Shown piece after piece: positions 53,079 through 63,900 of a DNA stretch of 64,000 nt. Origin of the DNA: an uncultured Clostridia bacterium (GTDB taxonomy: Bacteria; Bacillota; Clostridia; TANB77; CAG-508); the NCBI GenBank assembly GCA_947632745.1, contig CANRQH010000001.1, forward strand, positions 17,386 through 81,385. The letters are read 5' to 3'. The notes beneath the pieces are model-generated. The model was not told the DNA's origin and did no database searches. It was given only the letters and a program-made list of their open reading frames with translations. Numbering within the stretch: position 1 is the first letter of the stretch; the number at the start of each line of letters is the position of its first letter. The position numbers were made by a program, and so were the translations under genes.

Positions 53079-53903
53079 TTATTTTAAAGAAATTATTGCA
53101 GTAGCTAAACCATATTGCAATCCCTCTTTTCTATATGAATGAACCTTTTCGCTGTTACAAACTGAACATATTTTACTATCTTCAATATTCTCTTCTAAAA
53201 TTCCTTTTTGTTTTAAAATTATCTTATTTATTAGTACAGTATCTATATACCACTTTTCTTTTTTTTCATCTTTTACAATAAATTCATCAATTTCTTTTAA
53301 ATCTTTGAATTCATTATAAAACATTTCGTATACATCTTGGTCAACTTCGAAGTGACATTTCCTAATACTAGGGCAAACACAAACTATAATATCCCTAGGG
53401 TTTGAGCCAAATTCTTCTTTCATTTTATCTATTGCTTTTACCGAAATTCTTTGCAATGTTCCTCTCCAACCTGAATGAATATTTGCGATAACTTTTCTTT
53501 TGGGATCAAACATTAAAAATAAAATACAATCAGCATTTGTGGTAGCTAGAACTATTTTTCTTTTGTTTGTAATTAAGCCATCCGAATGGTTTGGAGTATC
53601 TATTCTGCTTTCATCAACATAATTAATTATGTCAATATTATCAGTATGAAATTGATTTGCTTTTACAATATTTTTATAATTTAACTCATTTGCATTACAT
53701 AAATCTTTATAATTTCCTAAATTTTTCTCATATTCTTCTACGGGTAAAGGCATTTTGTTTGCTTTGAAAGTTCTATAATTTCTGTCTATTCCAAGCGAAT
53801 ATGCATGAGAAATTAAATTAGAATATTTAAGCAATTTTTTAAATTGTAAAAATTCTTGATTATCTTTTCTTATATGTAAAACATTTTCATTTGATAAATT
53901 CAT
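53079..53903 (-). CDS. pgeF: Peptidoglycan editing factor PgeF (YfiH/DUF152 laccase-domain protein).
   Basis: 'HSDGLITNKRKIVLATTNADCILFLMFDPKRKVIANIHSGWRG' and 'CVCPSIRKCHFEV' are present. Confidence 0.7.
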   Translation of the reverse strand: MNLSNENVLHIRKDNQEFLQFKKLLKYSNLISHAYSLGIDRNYRTFKANKMPLPVEEYEKNLGNYKDLCNANELNYKNIVKANQFHTDNIDIINYVDESRIDTPNHSDGLITNKRKIVLATTNADCILFLMFDPKRKVIANIHSGWRGTLQRISVKAIDKMKEEFGSNPRDIIVCVCPSIRKCHFEVDQDVYEMFYNEFKDLKEIDEFIVKDEKKEKWYIDTVLINKIILKQKGILEENIEDSKICSVCNSEKVHSYRKEGLQYGLATAIISLK

Positions 53904-53949
53904 AATAAAGTCCTTTCTTTTTTTTAAATACACTTAGTAGTAAAAAAAA

Positions 53950-56900
53950 TTATATTTTTTCATCTACATAATTATAAATATCTTCTTTGGTTTTCTTATT
54001 AATATAATTATATTCTGTAGGAAATATTCCGGAATTAAAACCGCATATTTTTTTGTATATACAATATCTACATGGTGTTAACTTATTTTTATAATATGGT
54101 TTTAATTCTATATTACCATTTAATATTTCTTTTCCTATTTCTTTTATTGTATTATTTACATATTTTTGTAATTTTTCAAATTCTTCTACACTTGCAATAT
54201 TGCTTTTTTTACTGCTTAAATTTTCGTCTTTATCAAGATAAGCTGGAATAATCTGTGAGTATGATGAAGCCTTCATTGTATTATCTTGCATTTTTGCAAC
54301 ATTAACATCCGCAAGGATTAATCCTCTCATTTTAAAATTATTTTTTATTTTTTGTTCTATTTCTTCCTCAGTTATTTTTTTCTTAGCGTCATTCATCTGC
54401 TCTAATAGACTAAAATATAAGATTCCAGCAGGAACGAAGTCTTCTATTTTACATACAGCATCTAAATATGTAATTAATTGTAATTGAAGTCCAGCATAAA
54501 CATCCGAATAATTTATATTTTTTATAGATGATTTATAATCTATTATTCTAACATATCTATTATTTTCGTCTTTGGCAATATCTATTCTGTCTATTTTTCC
54601 AACTATTTCTATTATTTTGCCATCTTCTAGCTCAATTTTAATTGGCTTATATTCACCATCTTTTTCATTAAATGAAACTTCGGTTCCTTTTACATTAAAA
54701 TCACTTATTTTTAAACTTAAAATAATATATTTTAGGGCTTTTAAAATCATTCTTTTTAATCTTTTTACAAGAAATTTATATTTTTCAGTTGCAACAAATA
54801 TATAGTTACTATCATTTTGTAATTTTTCATCAATTATTTTATTAATTATTTCCTCTTGTTCTTTTTCTTCTATATTTTTTACACTTATTTTATTTTCATT
54901 TAATTCTTCAAAAAATGAATGTATAACATCATGCATAAATGAACCTGTATCAAGACTTCCTACCTTTAGTTCTTCTTTTTCTTTTAATTTCAAACTATAT
55001 CCTAAAAAATACTCATATGGACATGATTTAAAAGTTTCTAATCTGGAAATACTGGTATTTAATTTTTTTCCATATAATTTTTCAATATTTTCTTTTTTTA
55101 TTTTTTTAGGACTTTTTAAAAATTTAATATATTCTAAATTATTTTTTAATATTTTTTTATAATTTTTATTTTCTTTAAAATATTTATAAAATAAAATTAA
55201 ATTATTTATTTCATTAAAATTATTTTCATTTAAATTAATTTTATTTTCATAATTTATATTATTTTCATCTAAATTAATTTTATTATTTATATTATTTTCT
55301 TTTAAATTATTTTTATTTTCATTTAAATAATTTATATTAAAAATTAAATTTTCATAAATATTTTTTTCATTAATTAAAAAATATTTTTTCTCTAAAATAT
55401 CACTTTCTTCTTTTAAATTTAAAAATATTTTTTTCATTTTTAAAATTAAAGAAGAAGGTCGTAAAGAATTTCCACCTAAATCTGTCATACAATATGACAA
55501 AAATATTTTTTCCTCTGCAGTTGTAAATGCTTTATAAATATTAAAATTATCATCATATAAATTATCAATTGACCCTTTTGCAAGCTCAATTCCATTATCT
55601 TTCAAAAGTCCTCTATCCGTATCGTTAAAGTAACCTTCATCTCTATTTATGCTTGGAAAAACCCCATCATTTAACCCTACTATAAATATAGATTTTACTT
55701 TATGTGTTCTTGACCTTTCTGTATCTCCAACTATAATTCCATCTTGTTTACTTGGTATTTTTCCAAGGTCACTATTTTTTAATCCTATTTTTAAAATTTT
55801 ATAAACATTTTCTAATGTTATTTTTTCATTTTTAAAAATATTTACAATTTCATCAAAAATATTTATTATAATTTCATAACTAATTTTATATTCTGATGCT
55901 AATTCAAAAAAATTATTTTTTTCTAATTCTTTTATTCTTTTATTTATTTTATTTTCTATTTTTTGTTCATTTAAAAATAAATAAATTTCTTTAATTATAT
56001 TTTCTGCATTTTGTTTTTTATTTATTTTATTTTCTAAATTAATTATTGGTTCAATTATTTTTTTTCTTAATTTATTTAAATAATTAATTTCATTTTTTGT
56101 ATTTTCATTAATTCCATAAATAAAATCTTTTTTAAATTTATTATTTTTTATTCCATATTTAATACAATATTTTTCTAATTTAAAAATATCATCTTCATCA
56201 ATTTCTAAAAAATTAATTTTTAAATAATTAAATATTGATTCATATGAATAATTTTTTATTATAATTTCTATTATACTTAATATATATCTAACTATAATAT
56301 TTTGATTTAAATCTTTCTTTTCGTCTATAAATACTGGTATTTCATATTTCGAAAAAATTGATTTAAATAATGATGAATATGAATTTACATCTTTTGTAAT
56401 TATTGCTATTTCATTATATTTATAATTTTCTTTTTTTACTAAATTAATTATATTATTTGCAATATATTCTATTTCTGAATATTTATTTTTTGCTAAAAAT
56501 AATTTAATATTATTTATTTCATTTTCATATTTTTTTATTTTTTGATTATATAAATAATTTTCAATAAATATTAATTCATTATTTTTAAATCTATATAATT
56601 TATCTAAATTTATTATTTCTATTTTTTCATCATTTTTTAATAATTTTAATATTTTATTTAATGTAACTTTATTTGGATAAAAAATATCTGTATCTGGATT
56701 AGTATTTAATTCTAAATTATCTATGCAAAATGTTATGGTTACATTTTTTGAAATATTTAATAATTTTTTTATTATTTCTAATTCTTGCTTTGTATATCCT
56801 ACAAATTCATCTATATAAATATTGCAATTTTTAAATAAATCTACTTTATCTATATTTTCTGCTAAAATTGTTAATAAATCGGTTTCATCTATATATTTAT

Positions 56901-57396
56901 TTTGCAAATTTAAATTAAATTTATCATAAATTAAAATCATATCTTCTAATTTTAATTTTAATAAATCATCATTAATATTATTTAATTCATTTTTTAAATC
57001 TGAAATTGAAATATTATTTTTCTTAAATTCTGAAATAGTTCTCATTACAAGTTCTATATTTTCATCTGACTTATTTAATAATTTTAAATTCTTTTTTTCA
57101 TTTTGCAAAATTGAATAAATTAGCATCGCTTTTCCACATTTTGTTATATTATTGTGGATAGTTCCACCAATTTCATTTACGATTCTATGTGCCATTCTAT
57201 TAAATGTAATTACTTCTGCATTTATTATGGATTTTTTATTTTCCATTAGTTTTTTTTCTGCTGTATAAGAAAATTGTTCTGGTGTAATTATAAATATTTT
57301 ATTTTTTTCTTTTGATGTTATTCTTTCATTTATTTCTTTATATATAAATTCACTTTTTCCACTGCCAGCTTTTCCGTAAATTATTCTTAATCCCAT
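53950..57396 (-). CDS. addB: ATP-dependent helicase/nuclease subunit B (AddB/RexB), very AT-rich.
   Basis: The N-terminal Walker A 'YGKAGSGKSE', a C-terminal RecB-nuclease and Fe-S cluster region with 'CPYEYFLGY' and 'CRYCIYKKICGF', and a length of 1148 aa. No adjacent addA gene is present. Confidence 0.75.
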   Translation of the reverse strand: MGLRIIYGKAGSGKSEFIYKEINERITSKEKNKIFIITPEQFSYTAEKKLMENKKSIINAEVITFNRMAHRIVNEIGGTIHNNITKCGKAMLIYSILQNEKKNLKLLNKSDENIELVMRTISEFKKNNISISDLKNELNNINDDLLKLKLEDMILIYDKFNLNLQNKYIDETDLLTILAENIDKVDLFKNCNIYIDEFVGYTKQELEIIKKLLNISKNVTITFCIDNLELNTNPDTDIFYPNKVTLNKILKLLKNDEKIEIINLDKLYRFKNNELIFIENYLYNQKIKKYENEINNIKLFLAKNKYSEIEYIANNIINLVKKENYKYNEIAIITKDVNSYSSLFKSIFSKYEIPVFIDEKKDLNQNIIVRYILSIIEIIIKNYSYESIFNYLKINFLEIDEDDIFKLEKYCIKYGIKNNKFKKDFIYGINENTKNEINYLNKLRKKIIEPIINLENKINKKQNAENIIKEIYLFLNEQKIENKINKRIKELEKNNFFELASEYKISYEIIINIFDEIVNIFKNEKITLENVYKILKIGLKNSDLGKIPSKQDGIIVGDTERSRTHKVKSIFIVGLNDGVFPSINRDEGYFNDTDRGLLKDNGIELAKGSIDNLYDDNFNIYKAFTTAEEKIFLSYCMTDLGGNSLRPSSLILKMKKIFLNLKEESDILEKKYFLINEKNIYENLIFNINYLNENKNNLKENNINNKINLDENNINYENKINLNENNFNEINNLILFYKYFKENKNYKKILKNNLEYIKFLKSPKKIKKENIEKLYGKKLNTSISRLETFKSCPYEYFLGYSLKLKEKEELKVGSLDTGSFMHDVIHSFFEELNENKISVKNIEEKEQEEIINKIIDEKLQNDSNYIFVATEKYKFLVKRLKRMILKALKYIILSLKISDFNVKGTEVSFNEKDGEYKPIKIELEDGKIIEIVGKIDRIDIAKDENNRYVRIIDYKSSIKNINYSDVYAGLQLQLITYLDAVCKIEDFVPAGILYFSLLEQMNDAKKKITEEEIEQKIKNNFKMRGLILADVNVAKMQDNTMKASSYSQIIPAYLDKDENLSSKKSNIASVEEFEKLQKYVNNTIKEIGKEILNGNIELKPYYKNKLTPCRYCIYKKICGFNSGIFPTEYNYINKKTKEDIYNYVDEKI

Positions 57397-57483
57397 ACTA
57401 TAAGACCTCCTATGTGTAATTTATAATTATAAAAAATCAAAGAAATTAACACCTTATTGGCTAATTTCTTTGGTTTTTTGTTA

Positions 57484-58662
57484 TTAACGATTTCCTCTAT
57501 CAAATTTAATTATATTATTATTTTTTTCCTTTTTCTTTTCGATTGCACTTTTTGCTTCTTGAATGACTTCATCAGGTATGTTTTCACATTTTTTTACCTC
57601 ACCATATTCGTCAATTTCTATTCCTCCAATTATAATTGGGTTTTGTAATTCAACATCATTATTTAATTTTGATGCATCTTTTTTACATTTTTCTACATTG
57701 TACGTATTTACAATTTCCCCAAGCGTTAAGTTCAATCCGTCTAATTTATTGTTTAAAAAATATTGTATTAATTTTTTACCTTTTGTGTAAATTACTACAT
57801 TTTCATATATATATGGATTAATAAATTGTACAATATTATCTTTTTTTGTACTTTTGCTTTCACCTATTTGCATTGTTCCAATTTGTATATAATATTTACC
57901 GTTTTCTATAGCTATTGGAAGATCTGGCATATATTTCCAATATAGAGCTTCGTTGTTAATTCCCCCAAAACTAATATTCTTTCCAGGATTTATCCAGCAA
58001 TCTTGTTTTGCAACAACCATTCCTCCTCCCAAGTCTAATTCTACGGAATCTTCATCTCTCATTAATTTATTTCTTTCTTTATTTTTTCTATCTTTCTTTA
58101 AAATTTCTTCTATATCTTGTTGTATATTACTACTATATGAAAATTTTCCTTTATCGTCCTTTAATATTGTTCCTAATACAAAATCTGGTTTGCCAAAATA
58201 TGTTGAATGGTTGTCTAATGGTTTAGTAGGTTCGCCAATTTTTTGATAATATTCATGACACATTTTCATAGCATTTTCTTCAGAAATCATCTTCAAAAAC
58301 TCGATGTTTCCATATGGGCTAGCCACTATATCCCTAAGTGGGACATTACTTTCAATTACCCCCATAGCATTATTTGCCCCTGTAATCATTCCTTTATAGA
58401 CATATCTATTGTTTTCATTATCTTCTATTATAGTTTGTACATTAGTAAAATTGGCAGTACCTTGTAAATAATTATTTTGAACATAATAATTTATTCCACC
58501 ACCTGCTCCAATATGCTTTTGAATTGTACGTGTATCTTCTGGATCAATCTGTTTTTTTAATAATTTGGCAATTAATAAAGTAAAATCTCTTTTAAATTCT
58601 TCCTTCTTCTTTAGTCTTTCATAATTTCTTTCTTCCCTAGGGTTTCTTTTAATAATTTGCAT
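57484..58662 (-). CDS. Hypothetical protein, 392 aa.
   Basis: The ORF has a basic N-terminus. No confidently recognised domain. Confidence 0.35.
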   Translation of the reverse strand: MQIIKRNPREERNYERLKKKEEFKRDFTLLIAKLLKKQIDPEDTRTIQKHIGAGGGINYYVQNNYLQGTANFTNVQTIIEDNENNRYVYKGMITGANNAMGVIESNVPLRDIVASPYGNIEFLKMISEENAMKMCHEYYQKIGEPTKPLDNHSTYFGKPDFVLGTILKDDKGKFSYSSNIQQDIEEILKKDRKNKERNKLMRDEDSVELDLGGGMVVAKQDCWINPGKNISFGGINNEALYWKYMPDLPIAIENGKYYIQIGTMQIGESKSTKKDNIVQFINPYIYENVVIYTKGKKLIQYFLNNKLDGLNLTLGEIVNTYNVEKCKKDASKLNNDVELQNPIIIGGIEIDEYGEVKKCENIPDEVIQEAKSAIEKKKEKNNNIIKFDRGNR

Positions 58663-58803
58663 AACTTTTCTCCTTTTTATCTACTTCTATAATAATAACA
58701 CAAAAAAATATAAGTAGCAAGAATTATTACAAATTTGTTATTGATTTTATAAAATTATTATAGTATAATTTTTATAGGAAAAAATTTATAGGAGAAATAC
58801 AAA

Positions 58804-59748
58804 ATGAAAAAAGAAGTTTTTGATTTTTATGACAGAACCTCACTTAAGTCTTATAATTTAGATAAAAGTATGCAATATCAATTAAATGCATTAGATTCAC
58901 TAGATGTTTTTACCAGAAAACATTGTGAAAATGTTGCTGCAATTACTTGTAGATTATGTGAATATCTTCACTGCTCTAAGGGTTTTACAGAGTATTGTAC
59001 AATTTGTGCCTTTTTACATGATATTGGAAAATTATTTATTCCTCCAGAAATATTACAAAAACCTGGAAAATTAACTGATGAAGAATATGCTGTAATAAAA
59101 ACTCACACAACAATAGGATATGAAATGTGTATGAAAGATCTTAAGCTACGCCCATATGCAGCAGGAACCTTATACCATCATGAGGCTTTAAATGGCACAG
59201 GATATCCACAAGGCTTAACCAAAAAAGATATTCCGTATGAAGGTCAAATTATAAGAGTTGCAGATGAATATGATGCAATAGTAAGTAAACGCCAATACAA
59301 AACACACATTGGTATATCAGATACATTAAAAATACTTATAGAAAATGCTCATCCGAGTCAAACAAAGTCATCGGAAGCTTTAACTAAAGTAGTAGATAAT
59401 GCTCAAATGGGTAAAAATAATCCTGCTATTGTTAGAGTTTTAATAAAGGTTGTTTTAGATGATATATATTATGAAATTGCGTGTAGTCAAGATTATGTTG
59501 ATTATTTAGAGGATAATTTAAAAAGATTTCAAAAAATTGAAAAATATCACAATAAAATGTTACAAGCTAAAACCGAGGACAAAAAAAATTATTACTTAGA
59601 ATATATGAAATTATATTTTCAAGATAATGAAAATTTTGATAATTATTTAACAATTTATCAAGATTATAAATCAGCTTATGAACTAAGAAAACAAAAAATT
59701 GACACATTATATAATGAAATAAAAATAATAAAAAAATTAAAAGTATAA
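58804..59748 (+). CDS. Stand-alone HD-GYP domain protein (putative c-di-GMP phosphodiesterase).
   Basis: 'CAFLHDIGKLFIP', 'HHEALNGTGYPQGL' and 'RVADEYDAIVSKRQYK' are present. Confidence 0.75.
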   Translation: MKKEVFDFYDRTSLKSYNLDKSMQYQLNALDSLDVFTRKHCENVAAITCRLCEYLHCSKGFTEYCTICAFLHDIGKLFIPPEILQKPGKLTDEEYAVIKTHTTIGYEMCMKDLKLRPYAAGTLYHHEALNGTGYPQGLTKKDIPYEGQIIRVADEYDAIVSKRQYKTHIGISDTLKILIENAHPSQTKSSEALTKVVDNAQMGKNNPAIVRVLIKVVLDDIYYEIACSQDYVDYLEDNLKRFQKIEKYHNKMLQAKTEDKKNYYLEYMKLYFQDNENFDNYLTIYQDYKSAYELRKQKIDTLYNEIKIIKKLKV

Positions 59749-59826
59749 AATAATTTTCTTGAAAATAAAAAATAATTTACAAATTTAAAATCATTATATA
59801 AAATAATATTATTTTTAATTAATATA

Positions 59827-59866
59827 AAATCGATAATTAATATTTTAAATTAATTATCGATTTATT
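59827..59866. terminator. Bidirectional rho-independent terminator between the HD-GYP gene (+) and mazF (-).
   Basis: A perfect 15-bp stem aaatcgataattaat/attaattatcgattt with a 7-nt loop, and T-runs on both sides. Confidence 0.6.
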
Positions 59867-59867
59867 T

Positions 59868-60221
59868 TTATTCTTCTAATCCAAAACTTACCCCAAGTGC
59901 ATTATTTATTTTATTCATTACAAGTTCATCATCTATGTGCCCTATTTTTTCTTTTAATCTACTTTTATCTATAGTTCTAATTTGTTCTGCTAAAATTACA
60001 GAATTATTTTTTAACCCATGTGTTGCCTCTCCTCCAATTTCGATATGCGTGGGAAGTTTTGTTTTATTTGTTTGTGAGGTAATTGCTGCTGCAATTACTG
60101 TTGGACTGTATTTGTTTCCTAAGTCATTTTGTATTATTAAAACAGGGCGTATTCCACCTTGCTCTGAACCTACTACTGGACTTAAATCTGCATAAAACAT
60201 ATCTCCTCTTTTTATTGTCAT
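59868..60221 (-). CDS. mazF: MazF/PemK-family endoribonuclease toxin.
   Basis: '[50 protein letters not shown]' is typical of MazF/EndoA. No MazE-sized ORF is found on either flank; the gaps are about 100 nt. Confidence 0.75.
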   Translation of the reverse strand: MTIKRGDMFYADLSPVVGSEQGGIRPVLIIQNDLGNKYSPTVIAAAITSQTNKTKLPTHIEIGGEATHGLKNNSVILAEQIRTIDKSRLKEKIGHIDDELVMNKINNALGVSFGLEE

Positions 60222-60329
60222 AATATTCACTCCTACTATTAGCATATTTTTAAAGTCTATATATTCGTAGATAAATTTTGAAAATAGAAATAAATATTTA
60301 GCAGAAATTTTATTAAATAATACAAGTTG

Positions 60330-60938
60330 TTAATTTAATTCTATTTCATTATATTGTATGTTTATTGTTATATTTTTGTTATTATCTTCTATAATTAATT
60401 TAGTAGGCAATTTTGTTTCTTTATTTATGTATAATATTTTATTTTCTACATATTTATTTTCATTACTATTTTTTGTTTTCATTATTATTTCTGTATTATT
60501 TTCTTCAAAATTTGCCTTATCACAATTTTTGTAATTATCTATAAATGTGTATAAGTCTAATCCATTTTCTTCTAATCCCTGATAATTTTCAAAAATTGTT
60601 GATAAATTTAAAGAAGTATTTTCAATTTTTAAATTTCCATCTTTCCTAATTATTTTTACTCCTGCTATATTTAATGGTTCTATTACTTCTTGTACATATC
60701 CATTTTCCGTATTATATTCTTGATTTAAAATATATTTATTTTTGTTTTTATTGCTATTTACTTGTACTGTTACCTTTGTTTTATATGAATTAATATTCAA
60801 AATATAATCTACGATTTCTTGACTACTCATATTGTTTCCAATTTTAGAATTTTTAATCACATTTTTATAAATAATTATTCCTATAATTAAAATTAAAATA
60901 ATCATAAAAAAACAAAATAATTTTTTATTTATTTTCAT
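60330..60938 (-). CDS. Membrane-anchored hypothetical protein (LolA-like/DUF4367-like fold suspected).
   Basis: An N-terminal TM segment followed by a beta-rich, Asn/Lys-rich domain. The assignment is weak. Confidence 0.35.
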   Translation of the reverse strand: MKINKKLFCFFMIILILIIGIIIYKNVIKNSKIGNNMSSQEIVDYILNINSYKTKVTVQVNSNKNKNKYILNQEYNTENGYVQEVIEPLNIAGVKIIRKDGNLKIENTSLNLSTIFENYQGLEENGLDLYTFIDNYKNCDKANFEENNTEIIMKTKNSNENKYVENKILYINKETKLPTKLIIEDNNKNITINIQYNEIELN

Positions 60939-61054
60939 AAACTTAATTCTCCTTTTTTTATAAATTTAAAATTAATATTTTTATTAAATAATATATTTTA
61001 ATAAAAAATTAATTTTCTTTTACATTATTATTCAGGAAATTAAATTTATATACA

Positions 61055-61666
61055 TTAATTTTCTATTATTTCTATTCCTTGAATACATCTTCTATATTCA
61101 GGCTCATTTTCTACACATGTTATTAATGTTATTTTATTTTCATCAGATTTTTCTAAATAACTCCAATCTGAATTTTCAATAATTTCTATTTTATTTACTG
61201 TATAAATTTTTTTAAAGTCTTTGTATGTGTAAATAATTTTGTCATCCATTTTTAGTTTTTTTAAATCTTTAAAAAAATTTTTTTCATATCCTCTATTATG
61301 TGCAGCTAATCCTATGTTACCATCTTGTAAATTTGTATCTGTAAAATGACCTACTTTTGTGTTTAAAATATCTAAATTTGTCCCCTCTGCAATGGGTGCA
61401 ATTAAGTCAATAGCTGGAATCTCTATGTACCATTCCCCTAAGTCTTCGACCGATTTTTCTGCATCCTTTTCCTCGTTTTTATGGTCCTCTATAGTTGATA
61501 TTACTTCTTGAATTTTTTCTGTTGGATTTTTTTCTTTTTCGAAAAATAGAAAATTTAAAATTGAAAAAATTACAATTGTTATAATTAAACTAATAATGTT
61601 TATACTTTTATTTGTGTATAACATAATTTTAAAATATATTGAAATAAATCTATATAATAATATCAC
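61055..61666 (-). CDS. Sortase-family transpeptidase (small SrtA/SrtD-like class).
   Basis: An N-terminal TM segment, the active-site His context 'IGLAAHNRGY', the catalytic Cys 'ITLITCV', and the conserved Arg 'EPEYRR'. Confidence 0.75.
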   Translation of the reverse strand: MILLYRFISIYFKIMLYTNKSINIISLIITIVIFSILNFLFFEKEKNPTEKIQEVISTIEDHKNEEKDAEKSVEDLGEWYIEIPAIDLIAPIAEGTNLDILNTKVGHFTDTNLQDGNIGLAAHNRGYEKNFFKDLKKLKMDDKIIYTYKDFKKIYTVNKIEIIENSDWSYLEKSDENKITLITCVENEPEYRRCIQGIEIIEN

Positions 61667-61740
61667 ATTTTACATAATTTGTAAAGAAAAATATTTCGAC
61701 ATTTTTCTACATTTTTTTACAAATATAATTTTAAATAAAA

Positions 61741-61775
61741 AAATTTAATATTTAATATTTAATATTTAAAATTAA
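61741..61775. repeat. Heptamer AT-rich direct repeats (ttaatat ×3 and variants).
   Basis: aaatttaatatttaatatttaatatttaaaattaaaaatt, upstream of the sortase gene. Confidence 0.4.
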
Positions 61776-61817
61776 AAATTAATAAAATTTTCATAAAAGG
61801 CTTCGTCCTTTACTTTT
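61774..61817. repeat. Conserved 44-nt block (copy 2).
   Basis: See copy 1. It is followed by a long imperfect hairpin at 61826-61905. Confidence 0.5.
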
Positions 61818-61964
61818 TCGTAGAAATTCTATCACTTTTTTATGGCACCCTTCCAAGGCAAGCTTGAACTCTTTCCATAAAAAAGTGTAAGAATTTCTAT
61901 ACTCAAAGCACTCCAACGCTTTTTATTCAAATTTTATTAATTTTTAATCTTTAATCTTTAATTT

Positions 61965-62012
61965 TTTATTTATTATTTATTATTTATTATTTATTATTTT
62001 TTATTTTTTATT
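61965..62012. repeat. Pentanucleotide microsatellite (TTATT)n, about 7 units.
   Basis: ttttttatttattatttattatttattatttattattttttatttttt, between murF and the sortase region. Confidence 0.5.
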
Positions 62013-62035
62013 TGTGAATTGTAAAATTATTAATT

Positions 62036-63439
62036 TTAAAAATATTTTTTTAATTCATCTACTATTTCAAATAATTTCATGCCATTTGAAGCTTTAAATA
62101 AAACCACATCTCCACTCTCTATATATTGTTTTAATTTATTTAATAAATTATTTCTATCATCAAATATAAAAATATTATCTTTATTAAATCCAAGTTTTGA
62201 TGCCTCTTCAGAAATATATTTTGCTGCATCTCCTATTACAAATAATTTATCTATATTATTTTCATAAACAACTTTTCCTACGTCTCTATGTAATTTTTCA
62301 GAAAATTCGCCAAGCTCAAACATGTCACCTAAAACTGCAATTCTTCTTTTAGCTTTCATATTTTTTAAACTTAAAATTGATGCTTTTATTGATTCATAAC
62401 TTGCATTATAACTATCATTTACTAAAGTTATATTATTTTTTAAATAATTTACTTCCATTCTTTTTGCAGTTAATTTAAAATTTTTAATTCCATTAATTAT
62501 TTGTTCATTATTTAAATTTAATAATTTACCAACAGCAGTTGCACATAATGCATTTAGTATAAAATGCTCTCCACCAACTGGTACATCTATGTTTATTTTT
62601 TCATTTTTATTTTCACAAATAAAATTACTACTATTTTCATTTAATTTTATATTTGTTGCTTGAAATTCACTTTTTTCTTTTATTCCAAATGTATGTACTT
62701 CTATATTTTCATTATTTTCTTTGTTCCATTTATTTAGTAAATCATTGTCATTATTTATTACTAATAATTTTTTATCCATGCCATCTAAAATTTCTAATTT
62801 TGCTTTTAAAATATTTTCACGAGAGCCTAAATTTCCAATATGAGAAGTTCCAATATTTGTTATAACTGAAATATCTGGCTTTGCAATTTTGGTTAAATAA
62901 CTAATTTCTCCAAAATGATTCATTCCCATTTCTATAACTAAAACTTCTTCATCTTTCAACCTTAAAATCGTAAGTGGAAGACCAATTTTATTATTATTAT
63001 TTCCTTCTGTTTTAAGTGTTTTATATTTTTGAGAAATTACATTTGCAATAACATCTTTCGTGCTTGTTTTTCCTACGCTCCCTGTAACTCCAACAACTTT
63101 TATTTTATCTTTATATAACTCTCTTTTATATGTTGCCATTTGCCCTAAGGCGATAGTTGTATTTTCAACTTGAATTATATTTTTGTTTTGTTTTTTATAT
63201 TTTTCTATATCTTCTTGAGGTAAATCTATTTTACTTATTATAACTGTATCTGCACCTTTATCAAGAGCTTCTTTATAAAATAAATCTCCATCAAAATTTT
63301 CTCCTTTTATGGCAATATATGTATCTCCTTTTTCTATTTGTCTTGTGTCTTTAGAATATTTTTCACATACACTATTTTTATTACCAATTATTAATTTTCC
63401 ATTGGTACATTTTAATATATCTTCTATTTTTAAATCCAT
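62036..63439 (-). CDS. murF: UDP-N-acetylmuramoyl-tripeptide--D-alanyl-D-alanine ligase.
   Basis: The Mur-ligase P-loop 'VGVTGSVGKTSTKD' is present, with the three-domain Mur ligase organisation, in 467 aa. Confidence 0.8.
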   Translation of the reverse strand: MDLKIEDILKCTNGKLIIGNKNSVCEKYSKDTRQIEKGDTYIAIKGENFDGDLFYKEALDKGADTVIISKIDLPQEDIEKYKKQNKNIIQVENTTIALGQMATYKRELYKDKIKVVGVTGSVGKTSTKDVIANVISQKYKTLKTEGNNNNKIGLPLTILRLKDEEVLVIEMGMNHFGEISYLTKIAKPDISVITNIGTSHIGNLGSRENILKAKLEILDGMDKKLLVINNDNDLLNKWNKENNENIEVHTFGIKEKSEFQATNIKLNENSSNFICENKNEKINIDVPVGGEHFILNALCATAVGKLLNLNNEQIINGIKNFKLTAKRMEVNYLKNNITLVNDSYNASYESIKASILSLKNMKAKRRIAVLGDMFELGEFSEKLHRDVGKVVYENNIDKLFVIGDAAKYISEEASKLGFNKDNIFIFDDRNNLLNKLKQYIESGDVVLFKASNGMKLFEIVDELKKYF

Positions 63440-63562
63440 GCTCTTCCTCCTTGTATTTTTTTATATTATATTATTAAAATATTAAAAATACAAGGTTTTT
63501 ATACTAATTATAAAAAAGATATTAAGATTAATAATACATTTTATTATAATTCTAACTTTAAT

Positions 63563-63886
63563 TTATGCTACCTTTATTCCTGTATTTTTCACTTCTACTA
63601 CAAAAGGTGTTTCATCGTTTTCGTAGTCACTAATACTAATTATGTGTGGCTCTATTCTTAAATCTATGTCCCACCTTAATTGCATTAAATTAATTTCTTC
63701 ATCAAATATATCTGTTTTTATATCATCAGTAATTACTGCAATATCAATATCGCTATCTTCATGTTCTGTTCCTTTTGCATAAGAACCAAATAATATTATC
63801 GCTTTTATTTGGTATTTTTCACAAACTTTTTTTACATACTTTTGAACTATTTCCATTATTTTATTGTCAATAAATTCTTTAGCCAT
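63563..63886 (-). CDS. Minimal nucleotidyltransferase (MNT) domain protein, a likely antitoxin of an MNT-HEPN module.
   Basis: 'ILFGSYAKGTEHEDSDIDIAV' is present (GSx9-13DxD). Confidence 0.65.
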   Translation of the reverse strand: MAKEFIDNKIMEIVQKYVKKVCEKYQIKAIILFGSYAKGTEHEDSDIDIAVITDDIKTDIFDEEINLMQLRWDIDLRIEPHIISISDYENDETPFVVEVKNTGIKVA

Positions 63887-63900
63887 TTTCGTACCTCCTT

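Noticed and set aside
61826-61905. A long imperfect inverted repeat (~24-bp arms, ~30-nt loop) downstream of the 44-nt block.
   Set aside because: It has no clear T-run placement for a terminator and no coding potential. It was noted only as context for the 44-nt repeat finding.
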